From: Squalus acanthias
Lineage: Eukaryota
Assembly (NCBI GenBank): GCA_030390025.1
Contig: CM059431.1
Coordinates: 151,468,001 to 151,532,000, forward strand
Reading direction: 5' to 3'
DNA length: 64,000 nt
A program made the position numbers and the translations under genes. The notes below the pieces were generated by a model. That model was not told where the DNA came from. It did no database searches and saw nothing but the letters and a program-made list of their open reading frames with translations. Positions 47,951-61,600 of this stretch are shown here, piece after piece; positions within the stretch are counted from its first letter, which is position 1; each line of letters begins with the position of its first letter.

Positions 47951-49232
47951 ACAACAACAACAACAACATGCATTTATGTAGCGCCTTTAACGTAGGCGCG
48001 TCACAGCAGCGTTATCAAATAAAATATGACATGGCTCCACATAAGCAGATATCACAGCAGATAAGTACATAACAACATAAGAAATAGGGGCAGGAGTAGG
48101 CCATTTGGCCCTTCGAGCCTGCTCCGCCATTCAGTAAGATCATAGCTGAACTTCTACCTAAACTCGATGTTCCTGCACTATCCTCATCTCGCTTAATTGC
48201 CTTAGTTCCCCAAACTATATCGACCTCTGTCTTGGATATACTCAACAACTGAGCGTACCCAGCTCTCTGGGTTATGAATTCCAAAAATGCATAACCCTTC
48301 GAGTGAATAAATTTCTCCTCATCTCAGTTCCAAATGGCCTAGATGAACAGATATTTTTCCCAAATAAATATTGGGAAGATGAGCAAATGACCAAATGCCT
48401 TGTCAAAGAGATAGGTTTTACCGATCGTCTTAAAGGAAGAAAGAGGTAGAGAGGAGGAGAGGTTTAGAGCGGAAATTCCAGAGCTTAGGGCCATGGCCGC
48501 TGAAGGCACGGCAGCCAATGGTGGAGTTATTAAAACCGGGGATGCTCAAGATGCCAGAATTAGACGAGCCCAAATATTTCGGAGGGATGTGGGGCTGAAG
48601 GAGATTACAGGAATAGGGAGGGGCGAGGCCATGGAGAAATTTTAAAGCAAGAATGAGAATTTTAAAATCGTGACTTGCTTAACCGGGAGCCAATGTAGGT
48701 CAGCGAGCTCAGGGGTGATGGGTGAAGGGGACTTGGTGCGAGTTAGGACAGGGGCAGCCGAGTTTTGGATGACCTCATGTTAACAGAAGTTAGAACGTGG
48801 GGGCCGGCAGGAGAGCTTTGGAATGGTCAAGTCTAGAGTTATCAAAGGCAAGACTGATGGTTTCAGCAGCAGATAAACTGAAGCAAAGGCGGAGTCGGAG
48901 GATGTTATGGTGGTGGGAATGGGGGTCTCAGTGATGGAGCGGATAAGTGTTTGGAAGATCATCTCGGGGTCAAATTTGACACCAAGTTTGAGAACAGTCT
49001 GTTTCAGACTCAGACAGTTGCCAGGGAGAGGGAATCAGTCGGTGGCTCGGAATCAAAGTTTGTGGCGGGGAAATACCAATATTTTATTGGAGAAAATATC
49101 TGCTCCGAAAGTACTGGATTTCTGACAAGCAGTCAGACAATTTGGAGACAGTGGAGGGTTCGAAAGACTTGATGGTGAGGTAGATCTAGGTGTCGTCTGC
49201 GTACATGTGGAAACAGGCACTGTGTTTACTGA
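47951..49232 (-). mobile_element. L2-type LINE in an NLR intron, with nested CR1 3' end at ~48065-48340
   Basis: (CAA)n tail and body homologous to 44797-45794; nested ACATAAGAAATAGG.GCAGGAGTAGGCC CR1 terminus. Confidence 0.8.
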
Positions 49233-49694
49233 TTTTTTTCTTATTCCTTCGGGGTTTCGGCCAGCATTTATTGCCCATTCTTAATTGCCCTTGAGAAGGT
49301 GGTGGTGAGCAGCCTGCTTGAACCGCCGCAGTCCAGGTGGTGAAGGTACTCGCATAGTGCTATTAGGGAGGGACTTCCAGGATTTTGACCCAGCAAAGGT
49401 GAAAGAACGGCGACATTTTTCCAAGTCAGGATGGTGTGTAACTTGGAGGGGAACTTGCAGGTGATGGTGTTCCCTTGCGCCTGCTGTTCTTAGCCCTCTA
49501 GTTGGTAGAAGTCGCGGCTTTGGGAGATGCTGCTGAAGAAACCTTGTACACATTGCATTATTATTAGTGTCAGTAATAGTGTTATTAATAAACACTGTGC
49601 ATTATTAGTAACCAAATTACTGATACTAATTAAAAATCTAAAGTGTTAGACATTCAGTTATTATTAACACAATCTGACAGCGTCTGGTACTTAC

Positions 49695-49865
49695 TCCAGT
49701 TTCTGTATTTTACAGTCCGGGCTCTTCAGAGCCGCAGACAGGAATTTCATTCCTGAATCTCGCTGTTTATTATTACTCAGGTTCAGAAGCGTCAGTGATC
49801 GGTTTGTGCTGAAAGCGGAGCTAAGAGCCTCGGCACAAGCATCTGTGAGCCCGTTATTATGCAGC
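49695..49865 (-). pseudogene. LRR exon (171 nt)
   Basis: LHNNGLTDACAEALSSAFSTNRSLTLLNLSNNKQRDSGMKFLSAALKSPDCKIQKL; AG and GTAAG boundaries. Confidence 0.85.
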
Positions 49866-50084
49866 CTAGGGATCAGAGTTAGAAAAATAACAGGAGTCAA
49901 AGTAAAATACAGCCTTTATTGTGAACTCTTATAACTTATACTCTTGATAATGTTGTGTTTAATAGTAACGCTATTGCTAATTCTTAGAATAATGTAGAGA
50001 GTTTATTATTAACAATATTATTGATAATAATTTGATGAGTCAGACATCCAGTTATTATCAACATAATCTCACACAGTCTGGTAC

Positions 50085-50255
50085 ACAAGTTCATGTAGTT
50101 TACAGTCCGGGTTCCTCAGAGCCGCAGAGAGTAGTTTCACTCCTGAATCTCCCAGTTTATTATAACCCAGGTTCAGAACAGTCAGTGACCGGTTTGTTCC
50201 TAGAACGGAGGTGAGATCTCCAGCACAAATATCTGAGAGATCGTTTTCATCCAAG
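50085..50255 (-). pseudogene. LRR exon (171 nt, ribonuclease-inhibitor type) with damaged donor
   Basis: [56 protein letters not shown]; the GTAAG donor seen in sister exons is missing. Confidence 0.8.
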
Positions 50256-50550
50256 CTAGTGATCAGAGAGAGAGAGAGAGACAGAGTAATGAATAACAGG
50301 GAAAAGTGTAAATACACACTATTACTAATACTAATAATAATGTACAGTGTCAGACATCCAGTTATTATAAACTCAATACCACAAAGTGTTGTACTTACCA
50401 CAGTGTCTGTGTTTGACAGTCCGGGTCCCTCAGAGCTGCAGACAGTAGTTTTACTCCTGAATCTCCCAGATGATTACTTATTAGACTTAACACAAATAGA
50501 GAGAGTGAGAAACGACTGGAATCAAACTATCGCACTAAATTAACCTCAAT

Positions 50551-50721
50551 GGGGGTATTTGTAGTATTTGGCGATAGTGTAATACGGGCGATATCCTATC
50601 GGCCGCCCGTTCTGCATGTCGCCCAATTTTGCTTTCAGTTTAACTCAATGGAAAATAAATTTGGGCACGGTGTAAACTGGCTGTCAATTTAATATCACTG
50701 GTTTCGCAACCAATTTCACCC
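50551..50721. mobile_element. Possible short palindromic MITE
   Basis: Imperfect TIRs GGGGGTATTTG / CAATTTCACCC and internal inverted repeat GCCCAATTTT...AAATTTGGGC. Confidence 0.4.
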
Positions 50722-50869
50722 ATCAGCACTTACTATCAGTCTTCATAGTAGAGGAAGAGGTTTATATACCTGACCTTCCAGGGATATTAATAATGAATCG
50801 AGGTCTGGAATTGGAACTTATAAATTTAACGTAAGCAAGAACACAGTAACAGAAAAAAATTATCGCACT

Positions 50870-53800
50870 CAAATCTAACAAATCCCCAAGAACTGATAGT
50901 TTCCACCATTGGGTTTAAAAGTAAGTGGGTGAGGAAATTGCATATGCTTTAGCCATGGTCTTACAAAGCTCTGCCAATTGAGGACTTGTTCCTAGATTGT
51001 AAAAATTGCAAATGTAAATGCATTATTTAAGAAAGTTGAAAGAGAGAAACCAGGCCATTTTTGACCTGCTAGTCTAAAATCTGTGGTGGGGAAGTAATTG
51101 GAACCTATCATTAAGGTCAGACTGAATTAGCACTTAGATAAATATCAGCTGATTAGAGAGAGCCAACATGGAATTGTAAAGAGTAAAGCACCTCATTGAC
51201 TTTCTGATGGCCAATATATCCTAACATTACTGTTGGTGATCTTAATCTAACATTACTGGTTGTGACCCTATTCTGACATTTCTCATAGTTAACCTACTGT
51301 AACATTACTATTGTTAATCTAACTTCACCATTACTTGACGTGACACTAAGCCATCATGACTGGCGATGACCCTACACCACCATTACTGCTGATGACCGTG
51401 CTATAACATTAGAGTTGTTGACCCTACTCTAACATTATTGGTGATAACTCTACCATAACATGACTGGTGGTGACTCTACTCTAGCTTTAATGGCGGTGAC
51501 TCTATTCTAACATTGCTGGGCGTGATTCTACTCTAACATTGCTGGTGGTGACTCTACTCTAACATCACTGGTGGTGATCCTACTCTAACATTACTGATGT
51601 TGACAGTAATTTAGCATTACTGGTGGTGACCCTACTATAACAATACTGGTGCTGACAATAATCTAGCATTATTGGCGGAGATTCTGCTCTACATTACTGA
51701 ATGTGAATCTACTCCAATATTAATGGTGATGAACCTACTCTAACATTACTGGGTGTGACTCTACTCTAACATTATTGGAAATGACCTACTCTAACATTAA
51801 TGTTGATGACAATGCTCTAACATGACTGGGTGTGATCTAAATATAACTTTACTGGGTGCGAACCTACTCTAAAATTACTGGCGTTGACTCTACTCTATCA
51901 TTATTGTGGTGACTCAACTCTAACATTATTGGTGGTGAACCCACTCCAACATTACCTGGTGTGACCCCAATCTAACATTACTGATGACGACCATATTATT
52001 AACATTATTGGGTGTTGCGCAACTCTGACATTACTAGTCTTGACCATACTCTAACAGGTCGGGGAATGACCCTACTCTAACATTACAGGTGGTGACCACA
52101 TTCTAACATTACTGGAAACGTCTGCACTCTAACATTACTGATCGTAACTCTACTCTAAAATTACTGCTGATGATTCAACTCTAACAGTACTGGTGTTGAC
52201 CCCTCTCTAACATTACTGGTGTTAAACGTATTCTAACATTAATGGTGTTGACTCTATTTATACATTACTGGTGGTGACCCGACCGTAACATTACCAGTGG
52301 TGACCCTAATCTAACATTACTGGTGGTGACCCTACCCTAGCATTACTGGAGGAGAGCTTACTGTAATATTACTGGTGGTGACCCTACTCTAACATTATGG
52401 TAGTGACCCTAATATAACATTACTGGTGATGACCCTACAGTAAGACTGCTGTTGGTGACTCTGCTCCAACGTTACTGGTGGTGATCCTACACTAACATTA
52501 CTGGTGGTGACAGGAATCTAACATTACTGATGCTGAATCTACTCAAACATAACTAATGGTGATCTAATCTAACATTACTGGGAGTGACCCTACACTAACA
52601 TTACATGAATGACTCAACTCAAATATTACTGGCGGTGGCCTTCTCTAACATTACTAGGTGTGAAGCTACGCTAATATTACAGGGTGTGACCCTACTCTAA
52701 CAGTGCTGGTGGTGACCCTACTCTAACATTACTGCTGATTATTCAACTCCAGAACTAATGGTGCTGACCAGAGACTATTATTACTGGTGATTACACGATT
52801 CTAATATTACTGGTGATGATCCTACTATAACATTACTGCTGATGCCCCTGCTCTAACAGTATAAATAAGGATCCTAATTTAACATTACTGGCGGTGACCT
52901 TCCTGTAACATTACTGTTGGATACCCTACTGTAACATTATTGGCGATGAACATACTATCACATTTCTGGTGTTGACCATACTATAACATCAAGGTGGTGA
53001 ACTGACTCTAGCGTTACAGGTGGTCACTCTATTCTAACATTATTTGTGATGACCCTACTCTAACATTAATGGTGGAGAACCTACTCTAACATAACTGACT
53101 GTAACGCTACTGTAACAATATTGGTGGTGACCATACTATAACATTATTGGTGATATCCCTGCTCTAACATTATTGGTGGTGAACCTACTATAGCATTCTG
53201 ATTGTGACTTTACCTAACATTACTGGTGAAGAAACTACTCTAGAATTACTGGTGTTGATTCTACTCTAATATTTCTGGTGGTGACTATACTATAACGTTA
53301 TTGGTGGTGACTCTAATCTAACATTACTGCTGATGACTCTGCTCTAACATTACTGGCGATGCCTGTAACATAGCATTAGTGGGAGTGTCCCTACTGTAAC
53401 CTTACTGGTAATGACCCCACTCTAACATTACTGATGGTGACCCGACTCTAACATATCTGGAGGTGACTCTTCTCTAACATTGCTAGTGATGACCATACTC
53501 GAACATAACTGGAGGTGGCACTAATATAACGTTACTGCTGATGACCCTAATCTACCGTTGCTGGTGATAACCACACACTATCATTACTGGAGATGAGGCT
53601 ACTCTCTCCTTACTGGTGGTGAATCTATTATAACAATACTGGTGGTGACTCTACTCTAACATTACTGGTGGTGACACCGCTCTAACAATACTGGGTGTGA
53701 ACATACTCTAACATTACTGGTGATGACTCCACTCTAATATTACTGGTGGCGACTCTACACGGACATTACTGGTGATGATACTAATCTAACATTACTGGTG

Positions 53801-55612
53801 CTGATCATACTCTATCTTTACTGTTGGAACGCTACACTAACGTTACTAGTAGTGAACCTACTCTAAAATTACTGGTGGTGCCGCTACTATAACATTACTG
53901 GTGGTGACTGTACGCTAACATTACTGGTGGTGACTCTACTCTAACATTACTGGTGATGACCCTACTCTAACATTACTGTTGGTGCCGCTTCTCTAACATT
54001 ACTGGTGGTGACCCTACTCCAGCATCATTATTAGTGCCCCTACTCCAGCATTTCTTGTGTTGACCGTACCCTAAATTTGCTGGCATTTCCACTGCTCCAA
54101 CTGTAAAGCTCATGTAATTGCAGGCATATTATTGAACTGGTTAGTGGATTGTTTAGGAAGTATATAACAGAGAGTAGTGATAATGGATATGTGTTCGAAT
54201 TGGAATGGAGTGATTAAATTTGTCCCACAACGTTCAGTGCTTTGTCCTCAAATATTCGCTATATTTAATGACTTAGTTAATATAATAGAGCGCCATGTAT
54301 AAATGTTTACGGATGGCACAAAAATTGTTGCTGAGTAATAGTGTACATGGCAGCATAAATTTACAAAGAGAGATTGATAGATTAAGTGAGTGAGCGAAAC
54401 TGTGGCAAATGGATTTCAACGCAGTTAAGTGTGAAGTCATCCATTTTGGACCAAAAAAGGATTGATTGGCGTATTATTTAAACATTGAAAGGCTAGGTAC
54501 AGTGGAGGTCCAATGAGATTGAGGGGTCCATATGCACAGATCAATAAAATGAAGTAGTCATGTACAAAAATATCAAAAATGTAATGGTATGTTAGACTTT
54601 ATCTCATTGAAACATACAAGATTCTGAAGGGGATAGACAAGGTTGATGCTGAGAGGTTGTTTCCCCTGGCTGGAGTGTCTAGAAATACGGGTCATAGTCT
54701 CAGGATAAGGGGTAGGCCATTTAAGAATGAGATGAGGAGGAATTTATTCACTCAGAGGTTTGTGAAGCTTTGGAAATCTCTGCCCTAGAGGGCTGTGAAT
54801 GCTAAGTCTTTGAGTATATTCAAGGCTGAGATCGATAGATTTTTGACTCTAAGGGAATCAAGTGATACGGAGATCGGGCGGGAAAGTGGAGTTGAGGTCG
54901 ATGATCAGCCATGATCTTATTGAATGGCGGAGCAAGCTCGAGGGGCCGTATGGCCTAATCCTGCTCTTATTTCTTATGTTCTTATGTTCTTTATAACTAG
55001 AGAACTAGAACTTAAAAAGGAGGACGTTTTGCTACAACTTGTAAAGCCGTGGTTAGACCACATCTGGAGTACTGTGTACAGTTCTGGGCACCACATCTGA
55101 GAAAGGATATATCGATCTTGGAACGTGTGCAGCGCAGATTCAGCAAAATGTTAACAGGGCTCCAATGGTTAGATTATGGAAGAGAGGTTAAGTAAACGAG
55201 GTTTGTAGTCCTGGAACAAAGACGATTAATGGGTGATTTGATTGAGGCTTTTAGGATTGGAAAGGAATTGATAGGGTGCAGAGACAAACCTTGTCCACTG
55301 CTGGTTGAGAATAGGACAATCGAACATAACCTTAAAATCACAGCCAGGCCATTCAGGAGAGAATTTCGGAAAGACTTCTTCCAGCAAATGGTGGTAGGAA
55401 TGTGGAACACTTGCTCACAAATAGCAGTAGATGCTAGTTGAATTTATAAGTTTAAATTTTAGATCTGTAATTTTTTGCTAGACAAAGGTGTAGAAGGGTA
55501 TGGAGCCAAGGAAGGTGGATTGAGTTAAGGTATAGATCAGACTTATCTCATTGAATGGCGGTACAGGCTCGAGCTGCGGAATGGTCTACTGCTGTTTCTC
55601 TGTTCCTATGTT
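50870..55612 (+). mobile_element. Old CR1 ORF2 fragment split by the 26-bp array and by a nested CR1 3' end (~54605-54992)
   Basis: Pre-RT motifs at 50870-51200; RT resumes at ~54105; nested copy ends in (TTCTTATG)n at ~54971-54992; host resumes with LVRPHLEYCVQFW-like sequence. Confidence 0.75.
51215..54085. repeat. 26-bp minisatellite (ACTCTAACATTACTGGTGGTGACCCT)n, roughly 110 diverged units, in an NLR intron
   Basis: Direct tandem periodicity; stop codons in all frames (no ORFs in the track). Confidence 0.95.
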
Positions 55613-56520
55613 CCGCATTTATTAAATAAAGTACTGGCAGTATGAAACCTTCAAATGTCCCTCAGTTCGGTCTTAATCCCTGCTGATCAGAATACCCGCC
55701 TGGAATTAAATGATAAAGCACTGATTTTCTATACTTTATACACTGTGCATTTTATTAATCTGTATAGTATCTAGGGCTAAGTTATGCTGCTGTAAAGACA
55801 TTTTGTAACAAGGAAAGGTTATTCTTTTACGGTTACAAGATGTAAATGTTTCTCTCTCCACGGATGCTGCCTTGCCTGCTGAGTTTTTCTAGCGTTTTCT
55901 GTTGTTATTTCGGATTTCCAGCATCCGCAGTATTTTGCTATCGTGTCCCTGTACACCGAGTTTTAGATGGCGGTGAGCTGATCACTTTATTCTCCAGTAC
56001 ATTCCCTCTATGGTTATTTCAGGCTCTTTTATTGTTAAATGTTGATGGAATTTCCGACGTGAATGGAATAAAAACGGGAAAGATGTTGCCGACTCACTAT
56101 CACCTGTTTTCTACGATCGTAATTGTCAAGATCAACCCAACCGTTACTGTACTCCTGGGAAACAATCGGACAACGAGGGCGTTTTCAGGCATTTTAAAAT
56201 AAGTAGGTTTCGTTATTTAATGTACAAGATTGGGAACAATTCGAAACAATTACTGCTGAAAAATTTCCTTGACCGAATATTCTCAATATTGAACATTTTA
56301 CCCTCCTCATCGATAGCCGTTGCAATCTACCTCATGATATAATGGACGTATTTTGCCTCGTGTCTGTGTAATTTTTTGCAGTTGATATGTTAAATTATTG
56401 GTACATTTTACATTATTTGTGGCTCAACTGGAGGGTAATTTTCTTTTATAACGAAACGTTAACACATTTAGTGACCGTTAGCAGCTCAAATAATAGTTAC
56501 AGAAACAAACAAGTAGTTAC

Positions 56521-58247
56521 TTCAACTCCCGGCATCTGTGCAGTACGGGTGCCAACCGCTGGATTCTTTCACACTGAATGTAAACGTACTGTAGATCGAG
56601 GTGTTTTATGGTCGCACAGAGTCCAATGACATGAGACAGGACCGCACAGTCAATCGGGGTCAATGTCAATCCACTAAATGTGAGTATTTCCACAGATCCA
56701 ACTGTGTTCCGAGCCAGTGCTGTATTCTGAGACTCAAACAGGTGTTCAGGAGGCTCCTTTTACCAGTTTCACTCTCTGTGTTTCCAATCTGTCCTTCAAT
56801 CTTCTCCTTCACCCAGTCAATCAGTCGGCAGGTTGTTTGATGAATAAATGGACCCAGAACCTTCTCCAGGGGCCATGTTGACCGTGTGGAGGAGAGACCA
56901 GCAACAAAACGGAGAAATAGCTCAAATCGCCCATCTTCCTCGCTGTGGGCTTCTCTGAGGATTTTCAGGATGTCCACGGGATCCAGAGTCAGGAATTGTG
57001 CGAGTGCGGCTACAAACTCTTGGATGGTGAGGTGCGGGAATGTGTACACCACACTCTGGGCAGAATCATGTCTCTCCAAAAGATCCATCATGAACCCAGA
57101 GAGGAACTGGAAAGTTTGCAGATTGTACTTTATCAAATCTCCATTACTAAACAGAATCTTCTTCTCGGAGACTCCTGTGAAGGCCATCTCACCAAGCTTC
57201 AGTAACACATCAGAGGGGCTTTCAATCTCTCGGCCATGGTTTTTCAGAATGTTGTAAATATAGTAGGAATATAGTTGGGTGATGGTCTTGGGAACTTGTT
57301 GCTGTTCGTTGTCTCTTTTTGTAAAGAAGGGACCCAGTGCCAGACCGAGGATCCAGCAGTAGGAAGGGTTATAGCTCATGGTGTACAGGATCTCGTTCTC
57401 CTCCACGTGTTCGAAAACAGCTCCTGCCACGTTCTGATCATCAAAAAATTTGTTGAAATATTCCTTCCGTTCATCACCAACAAATCCCAGGATTTCAGCC
57501 CAGACACTGATCTCAGCCTTTTGCAATACATGTAATGCAGTGGGGCGGCTGGTCACTAGTACTGAACATCCTGGGAGCAGCTTGTGCTGTATTAAGCTGT
57601 ACACAATGTCAGACACTTCAAACCAGTCTTCGGGATCTGTGCACATGGACTGAGGTTAAGTATTTCTCCGATTGTCAGCAAAATCGATCCTGTCCTTGAA
57701 TTCATCCAAACCATCGAATATAAACAGCAATGCCTCTGGGTTCTTCCAGAGCTCTCTTAGATTATTTCCAAAATATGGATACTGATCCAATATCAGATTC
57801 CTCAGGGTCATTCTACTGTTAATAGCGTTCAACTCACGGACTTTAAAGCTGAAAACAAATTGAAGGTATGGGTATATTTTCCAGTGGCCCAGTCATGAAC
57901 AATCTTTTGTATCATTGTTGTTTTTCCAATTCCCGGGACTCCGCTCACTGCTCCTGAACTCCCAGAATTGGATTTTCTCCTGGAAAAACTTCTGTGGAAC
58001 AATTGATCAGTTCCGATTTTCTCCAGTTCCCTCCGGAGATGTTTTTCTCTCCACTTTTCATGACCTAGGCCTCTTGCCAGTAGTTCATGTTCTACAAGAT
58101 TTCGATCGCGAACAGTAGAAATGACCTTTAGCTCAGCGTATCGATCAACCAGCTGGAAAATCTTAACCGTCTCCTTTATTATGATAGTCTTCAACCTCAG
58201 TGTTTAAGTTTGTACACGGAGAGTTTCCTTGTGTTTCTTTTGAACAT
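56521..58247 (-). pseudogene. NACHT exon of the NLR pseudogene
   Basis: Acceptor TTTTCAAATTAAAG|AT; Walker A GVPGIGKT; Walker B LLFIFDGLDE; VLVTSRP; YTFPHLTIQEFVAA; FLRFVAGL; donor AA|GTAACT at 56520. TAA stops at 58204-58206 and 57656-57658; frameshifts near 57878 and 56742. Confidence 0.92.
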
Positions 58248-58684
58248 CTTTAATTTGAAAAGACAGAAAGTGGTTCTCAATCTTCCTGGCATTTACATAA
58301 AACCTACTTCTCAATACCACTTTACTATTCAATAAAATGCTGCAAGATTTAATTCACAGCTTCAAAAGAGGTGCGGCTAGATATTGAAAATCTGTTAAAG
58401 GGATTATCGGTTGAAACAAAATAACGTTTGAGAAAATTTTCATAGCCTCATTTGAATCTAATAATTTGGAGATTGGATGAAAGTGATATTTTCCATCTGA
58501 CAGTTACTATAAACATTGCCCTGTTCTATAGATATCTCGTTACACATCCACGCATGATTCTAATTAAAAGGCCGTAGAGATTGTAGTGTATACATCTATG
58601 AAATCCCCCCTGGTGCTCACCATCTGCGGAAATTGAAGACAGGGTTTTGGTCGATCAAAGGAGGGATAATGTACAGATGAAAGA

Positions 58685-61600
58685 AATGTACGGGGTTTTT
58701 CAGTGTATAAAGATCCAGCCAGGTGTGTATGGGGTTTCACAGTGTATCAAGAACCTGCCAGGTGTTTTTGGGGTTTCACAGTGTATCAGAATTCTGCCAA
58801 GTGAGCATTGGGTTTCACAGTATATCAGGTTCCTGCCAGGTATGGTGTTTCAAAGTAAATCAGGATCCAGCCAGGTGTGTTTGGGGTGTCACAGTGTAAC
58901 ATGATCTTGCCAGGTGTGTATGGGGTTTCACAGTGCATCAGGATCCTGCCAGATGTGCATGATGTTTTACAGATTATCAGGATGCTGCCAGCTGTGTATT
59001 GAGTTTCACAGTTTATCAGGATCCTGCCAGGTGTGTTTGGGGTTTCACAGTGCATCAGGATGTTGCCAGGTGTGTTTGGGGTTTCAAAGTATATCAGGAT
59101 CCTGCCAGGTATGTTCGTGGTTTCACAGTGTAACAGGATCTTGCCAGGTGTGCAAGGGGTTTCACAGTTTATCAGGATCCTGCCAGGTGTGTTTGGGGTT
59201 TTACAGAGTATCAAGATCCTGCCAGGTGTTTATGGGGTTTCACAGCGTTTCAGGATCCTGCCAGGTGTTTATGGGGTTTTACAGAGTATCAGGATTCTGC
59301 TAGGTGTGCTTGTGGTCTCGCAGTGTATCAGGATCTAGACAGGTGTGTATTGGATATAAATAGTGTATCAAGATTCTGCCAGGTGCGTATGCTGTTTCAC
59401 AATGTAAAAGAAACCTGCCAGGTGTGTTTGGGGTTCTGCAGTGTATCACGTTCCTGCCAGGTGTTTATGGGGTGTCACAGATTATCCGGAACCTGCCAGG
59501 TGTGTTTGTGGTTTCAAAGTGTATCAAGTACCTGCCAGGTGTGTTTGGTGTTTCGCAGTGTATCAGGACCCTGCCAGGTTTGTATGTGCATTCAAAATGT
59601 ATTAGGATCATGCCAGGTGTGTACGGGGATTCACAGTATATCAGGATCCATCAAGGTGTGTATGGGGTTTCACAGTGAATTAGGATCCTGCCAGGTGTGT
59701 TTAGGGTTTTAGAGCGTATCAGGATCCTACCAGTTATTTATTGGGTTTCACAGTTTATCAGGATCTTGCAACGTGTGTATGGTGTATCACAGTGTATCGG
59801 GATCCTGTCAGTTTTGTATCGGATTTTCGCAGATTATCAGGATCTTGGCATGTGTGTATGGCGTTTCACAGTGTATCAATATACTGCCAAGTTGTATATT
59901 TGATTTCGCATTGTATCAGAATTCTGCCAGGTTTGTACGTGTTTCATACTATATAACGATCCTGCAAGGTGTGTTTGGGGTTTCACATTGTAACAGGATC
60001 CTGCCAGTTTTGTATGGTGTTTCACAGTGTATCAGGATCCTTCCAGGTGTGTTTCGGGTATTACAGTGAATGCGGATCCTGCCAGGTGTGTATGGCATTT
60101 CTCAATATTTCAGGATCCAGCGAAGTGTGAGTTTGGTTTCCCAGTGTAACAGGATGCTGCCAGGTGTTTATGGGGCTTCAGAGTGTATCAGGATACTGCC
60201 AATTGTGTTTGGGGTTTCACAGTGTATCAGCATCTTGCCAGATGTGTTTGGGGTTTCAAAGTATATCAGGATCCTGCCAGGTGTGTTTGGGGTTTCACAG
60301 TGTAATAGGATCTTGCCAGGTGTGTATGGGGTTTCACAGTTTATCAGGATCCTGCCAGGTGTGTTTGGGGTTTTACAGAGTATCAGGATGCTGCCAGGTG
60401 TGTATTGGGTTTCACAGTTTATCAGGATCCTGCAACGTGTGTATGGGGTATAACAGTGCATCGGCATCCTGGCAGGTGTGTATGGGCTTTTCACAGAGTA
60501 TCAGGATCCTGCCCGGGGTGTATGGGGTTTCACAGTTTATCAATGTCCTGCGAGGTATGTATCGAGTTTCACAGTATATCAGTATCCTGCCAAGTGTTTA
60601 TTTGGTATCACAGTTTGTCAGGATGCTGCCAGGTGTGTATGGGATTTCACAGTGTATCAGGATCCTAACAGGTTTGTATGGGGTTTCACAGTGTATCAGG
60701 ATTCTGCCAGGTGTGCTTGGGGTCTCGCAGTGTATCAGGATCTAGACAGGTGTGTATTGGATATAAATAGTGTATCGAGATTCTGCCAGGTGCGTATGGT
60801 GTTTCACAATGTATAAGGAACCTGCTAGGTGTGTTTGGGGTTCTGCAGTGTATCGCGTTCCTGCCAGGTGTTTATGGGGTATCACAGTTTATCCGGAACC
60901 TGCCAGGTGTGTTTGTGGTTTCAAAGTGTATCAAGTACCTGCCAGTTGTGTTTGGTGTTTCGCAGTGTATCAGGACCCTGCCAGGTTTGTATGGGCATTC
61001 AAAGTGTATTAGGATCATGTCACGTGTGTACGGGGATTCACAGTATATCAGGATCCATCAAGGTGTGTATGGGGTTTCACAGTGAATTAGGATCATGCCA
61101 GGTGTGTTTGGGGTTTTAGAGCGTATCAGGATCCTGCCAGTTGTTTATTGGGTTTCACAGTTTATCAGGATCTTGCAACGTGTGTATGGTGTGTCACAGT
61201 GTATCCGGCTCCTGTCAGTTTTGTATCGGAATTCGCAGAGTATCAGGATCTTGCCATGTGTGTATGGCGTTTCACAGTGTATCAATATACTGCCAATTTG
61301 TATATTTGATTTTGCATTGTATCAGGATCCTGCCAAGTGTGTATGGGTTTCACACTATATCACGATCCTGCAAGGTGTGTTTGGGGTTTCACATTGTACA
61401 GGATCCTGCCAGTTTTGTATGGTGTTTCACAGTGTATCAGGATCTTGCCAGGTGTGTTTGGGGTTTCAAAGTATATCAGGATCCTGCCAGGTGTGTTTGG
61501 GGTTTCACAGTGTAATAGGATCTTGCCAGGTGTGTATGGGGTTTCACAGTTTATTAGGATCCTGCCAGGTGTGTTTGGGGTTTTACAGAGTATCAGGATG

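Larger units (their letters stand above)
47146..58247 (-). pseudogene. NACHT-LRR (NLR; NLRP3/NLRC3-like chondrichthyan family) pseudogene
   Basis: NACHT exon 56521-58247; LRR exons 50399-~50469 (truncated), 50085-50255, 49695-49865, 47704-47874, 47397-47563; terminal exon 47146-47233. Several stops and frameshifts. Confidence 0.9.

Noticed and set aside
51215..54085. CRISPR-like or telomere-like array
   Set aside because: No unique spacers or cas genes, eukaryotic context; CTAAC and ACCCTA pieces do not form (CCCTAA)n.
56666..57646. 326-aa ORF as a functional stand-alone protein
   Set aside because: It is the internal part of the NACHT exon between a nonsense codon and a frameshift, lacking Walker A and B.
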